From contig CAVUNN010000006.1 of assembly GCA_963742895.1 (NCBI GenBank), positions 9,389 to 73,388 on the forward strand: a stretch of DNA of 64,000 nt, given 5' to 3'. Source of the DNA: Terriglobia bacterium (GTDB lineage: Bacteria > Acidobacteriota > Terriglobia > Terriglobales > Acidobacteriaceae). The notes under the pieces are model-generated. The model did not search any database, was not told the DNA's origin, and saw only the letters and a program-made list of their open reading frames with translations. The position numbers and the translations under genes were made by a program. Positions 55,420 through 61,991 of this stretch are shown here, piece by piece (position 1 is the first letter of the stretch; each line of letters starts with the position of its first letter).

Positions 55420-56745
55420 TCACTGTCCAGCAACCATTCCCGATCCCTGCATCTCCACCCTCTTCGCAATGTGATCCTTGATCCAGTGCGGATCCCACCA
55501 CTCTTTCGGATCGATCTGCACGCCATCCAGTTGCATGCTGAAGTGAATGTGATCTCCGCCGGCCATTCCGGTCATACCGCTGAGGCCCATCACCTGGCCG
55601 CGCTTCACCATGTCACCTTCATGCACATCGATCCGGCTCAAATGGCCGTAGATCGTCTGCAAACCATACCCATGGTCGACGACAATGCAGTTGCCATAAA
55701 TCCCCAGCGGGGCTGCATAGACAATCTTGCCGTCGTTTGACGCCTGCACTCCCACGTGCTGCGTCACCGCGAGGTCGTATCCAAGATGCACCTGCTGATC
55801 GATCTTCTTCCCTTGGTAAATGTAGTTTCGCGTGTCGGCGAAAGTCGCCTCCGCCTTCGCACCCGCTTGACGTAGGAACGGCTCCGACCACAAGAATTTC
55901 TCCGCAGTCTTAAAGCGCAAATCGGAAAGCGTTTTGTTGTTCGCCTTCCGCATTTCGTTATTGATCTTCACAAAGCGCGCACCGGATCGCCTGATCCAGT
56001 CGGATCAAGTTCATCTACCACTTTGTTGATGAACCGATCATCCAGCTGAAGATCATGAACCGTGTACTTCGGCTGCTCCCTCTTGGGAAACTGATAAATC
56101 ATCGGACTGGTGACCTGGCTACCGCCACCAAACGAGGCATATACCAGTGGCGCCGTTCCCGGCGGCGTGTTCCAAGCGTACGCGAAAAGCGAAAACATGC
56201 CCGGCTTTCCGTTTGGCATCGGCCATGCGCGGAACGTCTGATCGCCAACGCGCACTCCTGCCTGGTCATAATCGCCACTGACATCGAACGCCACCAGATC
56301 GGCCATGCCCAGATACAGATAGTGTTGATCGGAATCGACACTCACCGTTGGCGGACGCGTCACCACCGTCACGTCACCTTCGCAGCGTGCCGCTTTATGC
56401 AGCCAGTCGCTAGGGTGGCTTCTACAATCAGTTTCGCCTTACCGTCTTTAAGTTGAGGGACCGTGCTCGTGCCTACATTGAAAGTCCACGTGTTGTCGGG
56501 AACTCTACTTGGCTGCGGCAGTTGCCACACCTGATAACGGGTGCCATTCTGTTCAACAAAGGCTGAAGCCTTGCGCACACCTTTGCGGCCGCGCACATGG
56601 ACGGTCACGGGCGTGGTTTGGGCGACCGGGTAACGGCTCGGAGCAACTCAACAACCGGCTTCGGGGATCGCGCCGCACGAAAGGCAACGGCACACAAAGC
56701 AATAAGAACGATGAAGAAGAAGAAGAAGAAGATTAGTTTGCGCAC
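55420..56745 (-). pseudogene. Membrane-anchored M23 (LytM-type) metallopeptidase fragmented into four ORFs by three -1 junctions
   Basis: ORFs 56369..56608, 55968..56372 and 55420..55971 overlap by exactly 4 nt (GTGA). The last holds the M23 core (HLGYDLA, IVVDHGYGLQTIYGHL, GMAGGDHIHF). A 46-aa anchor ORF (VRKLIFFFFFFIVLIALCAVAF...) read by eye at 56605..56745 joins in the same way. Confidence 0.75.
56713..56730. repeat. (GAA)6 / (TTC)6 trinucleotide microsatellite
   Basis: The plus strand reads atgaagaagaagaagaagaagat. On the minus strand it encodes FFFFFF in the putative membrane anchor of the M23 gene. Confidence 0.85.
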
Positions 56746-56830
56746 AACTCAGAATAGCGTTCTTTCTTCCTTCCTATTCCTCTCCTCTTTACCCTTACAT
56801 TTCGCTCCTCAACCCTCTTTCTCTCCTCCC

Positions 56831-57290
56831 TCATTTCAGGCCGCGCACCACGTACGCCTCCGACAGAATCTGTCCGTAGGTGTATGCGTAAACGCTTCCG
56901 TCTCTCGACAGCCTCAATCCTCCTGCTCCAATACCGCCTGCAGGCAGACCTTCGCCGAAGTTTTTCCAGAACTGCAGCTTTCCGGTCTTCGGGTGAACCC
57001 GATAGACCTTCGCTGTCGTTTCCGTATCCATATTGGAAGCCACATAGAGCGCAGATCCATCCGGTGTCCATGAGGTGACGTAGTAGTTTGCCTCAAGCCC
57101 CGGAACAGGTCGGATCGTGTTCTCGCCAATCGTCAAGATTCCCCAGTTACCATCCGCTCCTTCAACCACGACGCTTTTGCCGTCGGGCGAGACGAGCGTT
57201 CCGGCGATACCTTCGGGAGTAATTGGTTTCGAACTGCCTTCGAAACATCGAGTAGATTTGCCCCACCGATATATCCGTAGAGGGGGCTCG
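56831..57290 (-). pseudogene. C-terminal remnant of a TolB/PD40-like beta-propeller protein
   Basis: ORF 56831..57169. By my reading the frame is open upstream to about 57290 (SSKPITPEGIAGTLVSPDGKSVVVEG). SWTPDGSALYVAS and LSRDGSVYAYTY are PD40-like blades. No N-terminal part or start is found upstream. Confidence 0.45.
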
Positions 57291-58182
57291 CTTCGCTAGT
57301 GCAACTAGCTACTTGAGTGTGGATTCAGAGTTTGTCAATTCGGCATCCCTAACTCTTTGGCGATCCACTTCTCGAAGCCCGCACGATTCGCCATCATGAA
57401 GCGGCCTCCTCTGACCGGCATCCCAAGCCCGGCCCATCTGTAGCGAAGAACGATCCTCGGAATTGCTGAAGGGGCGCGGTGCCCTTGATACACGACGAAC
57501 ACGAAGAACTTCGGATGAGTGACTACGCGGGTACAAATACGCAACAGTGCCGTCTGCACAATTTGCTATTTTGGCAATGGAACTTACGAGCGAACGACTT
57601 CATGGGATTCCGCACATTTCTGAGACTGGTTACGTCATAACCCGGACTTTGGTGTAACACTCCAGTTCCGACATGACATGCAAGCCCCAAATGACACCGA
57701 AGAAACGTCCGCATTGTGCGGCAAGTCCTCGAACAGTAGGCGCGTCAGCTTACCAGTACTCGGATCACACAGGCGGATCAAAATTGCCTTCCGCAGACTC
57801 GTAGAACGGATACGAACTCTGTTTGATCTTCAAAGTTAGTCGCGGGGAATTGTTGCTGGATGCGCTGGAGAGAATCAAGAACTACTATAAGCGCGTTGCT
57901 GATATTCCAAGCAGCTCGATTCTCGGGGGCGACTTTCCATGGTGTCCACGAGCATCTTCAGGTTTTCTTGTAGACGAGCGATGCCGGTAGCAAAGTCTGG
58001 ATTTTTCATAACGCGTTGAATTATAGACGCAGGTAGTGGCGGCGCTAAACCATCCGAGCATTCTGGCGATTACGACCTTGGTGAGCAGAAAACCAGCCAG
58101 ACCGGCCCTTGGGAAGCTCCGTGGCACCGTTCGTCTGTGAGTCATGACGGTGCGCTGGTGTTGTCCAGTGTGTGTAGACTTC

Positions 58183-58783
58183 ATGACCAAACGGGGAAAG
58201 CTCAACCGTGAGGGAAGCAATGATCTCGGCCAATGCTGTCATTATCTTCTTTGGCTCAGCTTCTATACGTACTGGTTGGTCTCGGCCATTGGAACCAAGA
58301 AGAACATACGGACAAGCGGCAGGTCAGAGCGTGCTGGTCTTCGCATATTACTTTTAGCGGCGATAATCTTGATCCTTCGGATGACCGGCGTCCGACAAGC
58401 ATTACGACACTCGAATTCACACGCTCAAACCTTGCGATTCAGTCGGCAGGAATCGCTCTGTGTTTGGTTGGTCTGGCATTCGCGGTCTGGGCACGACGGC
58501 ATCTCGGTAGGGACTGGGGCCAGCCGATGACGTTTAAGGAAGGGCAAGAGTTAGTGAAGACTGGGCCCTATCGCTTCGTAAGACATCCGATCTACGCTGG
58601 GATTCTTTTTGCGATGCTGGCGTCAACACTCGTTAGTCCTTTCTTTTTTATTCCGTTCATCTTCCTGGCCGTTTACTTCGTCTACAGTGCGCGAACGGAA
58701 CAGCGGATCGTGTGGAGCACTTCCCAGATGAATATCCTGAGTATATGAAGCACACGAAGGCATTGGTTCCTTTCATCTGGTAA
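58183..58783 (+). pseudogene. Isoprenylcysteine carboxyl methyltransferase (ICMT/PEMT)-family membrane methyltransferase with two apparent -1 frame disruptions
   Basis: ORF 58144..58530 has TM-like N-terminal helices. ORF 58233..58748 holds the core (LVKTGPYRFVRHPIYAGILF). By my reading, a third frame encodes the canonical tail FPDEYPEYMKHTKALVPFIW, ending at 58783. Confidence 0.65.
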
Positions 58784-58895
58784 GCAGGGGGTCTTAACTA
58801 GCCAGCGTGGACCGGCCGGTGGGAAGCTCTTCGGTATCGCTCCGGTAGGAATCGTGAGGGCGGGGCCAAGAATGTCCTCTAGGCTGCTGAAAAAG

Positions 58896-59066
58896 CTATT
58901 GAGCCTTGAGTTTCGCGAGCTCCCCTTCCAGGGCACGTGTCTTCTCTTCCGCTTGCTTTCTGGTTACAGGATCAATCTCGTCGGATCGCAAAAGGCAGTT
59001 AATAATTTCAATGGTCCTTTTTATCTCTTTATATCGTGGCTGGGCTGTGGACCTTTGTGAGCACAT
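58896..59066 (-). CDS. Possible 56-aa coiled-coil protein (below ORF-track threshold)
   Basis: Read by eye: MCSQRSTAQPRYKEIKRTIEIINCLLRSDEIDPVTRKQAEEKTRALEGELAKLKAQ. It is heptad-like and charged. No family recognised. Confidence 0.25.
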   Translation of the reverse strand: MCSQRSTAQPRYKEIKRTIEIINCLLRSDEIDPVTRKQAEEKTRALEGELAKLKAQ

Positions 59067-59166
59067 GTTCCGCACCGGATGTTTGAAAGGCCAGAGACCT
59101 TCTAAGAAGGTAGACGTGCGCGGCCAGCTTAAAGCAGTAGTCCTAATCAGCGAGTCAGAACATGAC

Positions 59167-59379
59167 TTATGCTGTCTTCTTCTCTTTTCGTGTGATCTTC
59201 ATCTTATTCCAGTCGTAAGGCACGTCTTTGCCGCAATCCAAACAGACCACATAGGTACGTGGTTCGCAGGGAACGCCGCTACTGTTGCGAACGGGCTTGA
59301 GAGTCCCGGGAAGGCTGTAGTTGGCGTGAGTACAACCGAAAAGAACGTCCATCAGCTTGGAGAACATGGAGAACTCCAA
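59167..59379 (-). CDS. Small Cys-rich (zinc-ribbon-like) protein
   Basis: 70-aa ORF (likely start MFSKLMD). It has FGCTH...VVCLDCGK Cys/His pairs. It is divergent from the REC-MEDS gene. Confidence 0.45.
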   Translation of the reverse strand: MEFSMFSKLMDVLFGCTHANYSLPGTLKPVRNSSGVPCEPRTYVVCLDCGKDVPYDWNKMKITRKEKKTA

Positions 59380-59546
59380 TGGAACGAGATCGACGGAGCA
59401 TATCGCAGTCCTATAAGTTCAGCAACTCGGTTTTGCCTCCCGCGCGGAATTTGCCATTGCGCATTGAACGAACCACCATTTCTGTATACGAACGCATCGC
59501 ATTCTTGTATAAATTTGCACTACATTTTTGAGTTCGCCAGCCGGAC

Positions 59547-60620
59547 TTGCCCGGAGGCTGCTTGGCCACTTCATCCGTGCGAATTATCCTCGTAGAGGAT
59601 TTCGAACCTTTTCGTCGCGTCCTCTCCTCGATACTGCAAACCAACCCCGAATTGCAAATCATCTCCGAAGTGTTGGACGGATTAGAAGCTGTTCAGACGG
59701 TCGAAAAGCTACAACCGGATTTAGTTCTGCTCGACATCGGACTACCAAGCCTGAATGGAATCGAGGCTGCTCGGCAAATCCGCAAGCTTTGCCCTAACTC
59801 CAAGATATTATTCGTAAGCCAAGAATCTTCCACGTATGTGGTGCGAGAAGCCCTTGGCACGGGTGCGGCGGGCTATGTCGTCAAGAAGGATGTGGCAATG
59901 CAACTCTTGACTGCGGTGAACGCCGTTCTCCGCGGCGAACGGTTTGTTGGCGGCAGATTTGCGGCAAGCGATTTCTTCGGAAGTTCTATTTCGCGGACTT
60001 TCGGCCTTTCGCCCAACGAGATTATCTCACCGCTCGGACAGCGCAGGATTGAAGTTCCCCGCCGCCACGAGGTGGCGTTCTATTCTGACAATAGCGCTCT
60101 TCTAGACGGCTTTACTCAGTTCATTGGGGCCGCGCTCAAGGACGGGAATGTGGCGATTGTTGTTGCCACGGAGTCACACCGGGACAGCCTACTTCCAAGA
60201 TTGCAAGCGCATGGTTTAGACATTGGAGCCGCGATTGAGCAGGAAAGGTATATCGCATTGGATGTTGAAGATACCCTCTTATCATTCATGGTGAACGGCC
60301 TCCCTGATCCGGCTGCATTCATGAGAATCGCAAACGAACTGATACTGGAGGCGATCAAGTCTGCGAAGGCACAGCATCCCCGCATTGCAGCATGTGGAGA
60401 AGGTGCTGGTCTCCTGTGCGCACAAGGTAATCTGGAGGCAGCGATTCAGCTTGAACGACTCTGGGATGAGATAGCCACGACACATAACGTGGATATATTG
60501 TGCGGGTATCCACTGGGCATCTGTGAAAACAAAAAAGACACCACCAACACTTTTCAGAGAATATGTGCCGAACATACGGGAGTTTCTTGGTCGGGTGTGA
60601 CGTCCCCTCCGCGTCCGTGA
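59547..60620 (+). CDS. Response-regulator receiver fused to a MEDS domain (no DNA-binding output)
   Basis: 357 aa. It has a receiver (VRIILVEDFEPF...DLVLLDIGLPSLNG...YVVK). The C-terminal HEVAFYSDNSALLDGFTQFIGAALKDGNVAIVVAT...IAACGEGAGLL fits the MEDS (DcmR-type) domain pattern. Confidence 0.75.
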   Translation: MPGGCLATSSVRIILVEDFEPFRRVLSSILQTNPELQIISEVLDGLEAVQTVEKLQPDLVLLDIGLPSLNGIEAARQIRKLCPNSKILFVSQESSTYVVREALGTGAAGYVVKKDVAMQLLTAVNAVLRGERFVGGRFAASDFFGSSISRTFGLSPNEIISPLGQRRIEVPRRHEVAFYSDNSALLDGFTQFIGAALKDGNVAIVVATESHRDSLLPRLQAHGLDIGAAIEQERYIALDVEDTLLSFMVNGLPDPAAFMRIANELILEAIKSAKAQHPRIAACGEGAGLLCAQGNLEAAIQLERLWDEIATTHNVDILCGYPLGICENKKDTTNTFQRICAEHTGVSWSGVTSPPRP

Positions 60621-60652
60621 CGGAAATCAGCAAAGCGTATTTGTACGGCTCC

Positions 60653-61209
60653 ATGAGGCTCATTAAGCATTCTCCGGTCTACGGTGGCCGTCGGAGTCCT
60701 CGCCATCCGGCAAGATTCCAAACTCAGCTATCCTGGTTCCGAGAATTTTTTCCCATCGGAGTTGCTCTAGGCTTATACCCCGACAAAAACTTCATCGGCT
60801 TCGGTGAGCAGTGGACAGTTCAGGAATACACCATTGCAGACGTTGCCGACATCACTGGTGATTTCGCAGGAACAACTGCCCAGTACAACGAACTGGGCTA
60901 CCTAGCCGATCAATTGTTCTCTAACCCAGGAAATGGGGACATCCAGAACGCAATTTGGGCGGTACTCAACACGGGCGGTGCACAGAATAGCTATTACACT
61001 GGTGCCGTCAACTTTGTGGACAGCAACCCGAATTATGCGACCTCTGATGTGTTCTTATTCCAGTTGGTGACTTCAGCCAACTGCCGTATGGTGAGCCCCA
61101 GCCTTTCATTGGACAAACCACTGCAGTGCCGGAACCCTCTAGTTTTCTTCTGTTGGGAACAGGCGTTGTGGGCTTGGCCGGTACGCTGAAGAGAAAATTA
61201 CGCTGGTAG
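60653..61209 (+). pseudogene. PEP-CTERM sorting-domain protein, apparent -1 frame disruption near 61055
   Basis: ORF 60563..61189 ends in nonsense. By my reading, the -1 frame encodes PVGDFSQLPYGEPQPFIGQTTAVPEPSSFLLLGTGVVGLAGTLKRKLRW with a stop at 61207-61209. That is a textbook PEP-CTERM anchor. Confidence 0.6.
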
Positions 61210-61230
61210 AATTGTCATAATGCGCTACTT

Positions 61231-61256
61231 AAAGCCGCTCTTCGGGGCGGCTTTTC
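61231..61256 (+). terminator. Rho-independent terminator
   Basis: aaagccgc-tcttcgg-ggcggcttt hairpin followed by a T-rich tail, 25 nt after the PEP-CTERM stop. Confidence 0.6.
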
Positions 61257-61328
61257 TATTCTCTTAGAGATAACAGTCGCGAACGGGCGTTGCTGTTGAA
61301 AAACTCTGTTTTCCCGAAACGTACAGAT

Positions 61329-61559
61329 TCAACGACAGTGCTCCCCATCCGTGCCTGTGTAAAACATGACGGAGAACCAGTTGTTCTCCAATCGGTTCAC
61401 TTGAGGTACTTCGCAAGGTAACCCGTGAAACTTCCCCGAAAAATGTTTTTCGGTTACCGTTGAAAGTGAATCAGTCGGGTCAAACACAAGGTACGCGACT
61501 GTGTCTTTCAGTCCGATACTGTGTTGGTCATATGATCGATTCCAACGCGTGCTCGACAT
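61329..61559 (-). CDS. Hypothetical protein
   Basis: 76-aa ORF with no family recognised. It lies next to an AT-rich intergenic region. Confidence 0.2.
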   Translation of the reverse strand: MSSTRWNRSYDQHSIGLKDTVAYLVFDPTDSLSTVTEKHFSGKFHGLPCEVPQVNRLENNWFSVMFYTGTDGEHCR

Positions 61560-61991
61560 ATGTCGGATAGAGACGGGGGTTTGTCAAGGCGAGCCCGTTG
61601 GAGGTAATGCCTGCCAGCATTCAAGGACATGCCCGCCAAATGCACGCCCGAGATGAATGAGTACGCCGGATAATTAATTGATGCGAATTTAATATGTAAA
61701 GTACAGCCAATTAACAATGGTCTGGTAAATCAACCTTACAACTAATTACTTATCGAAGAAACGGGACTTAAGCGTCAGCCGTGGCCCTCAAGTCTCGTTT
61801 AATAGCGGCCTTATAAGTGAGAGCTGTTTCGGTAATCAAGGGCCTTAAAACAAGAACCACAATCTTTTTCAACAACGACTAGCCGTAACAGGCATTGAAC
61901 TGACGCCCTAATACAAGTAGCAGGATGCTACTGCGCTCGAGGATAGCGCGTCGGTTCCGTAAATCGAGGCGGGCTATACCCACATGTTACA

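Noticed and set aside
55960-55985. Programmed -1 ribosomal frameshifting at the GTGA junctions of the M23 gene.
   Set aside because: No X-XXY-YYZ slippery heptamer and no obvious downstream stimulatory structure was seen at any junction (for example the sequence ...gcgctttgtgaag...). Mutation, sequencing error or reinitiation are simpler explanations.
58906-59595. 229-aa plus-strand ORF spanning the region between the ICMT and REC-MEDS genes.
   Set aside because: Its translation is Cys/Arg/Ser-rich nonsense. It overlaps the more plausible minus-strand small Cys-rich and coiled-coil ORFs and runs into the REC-MEDS start.
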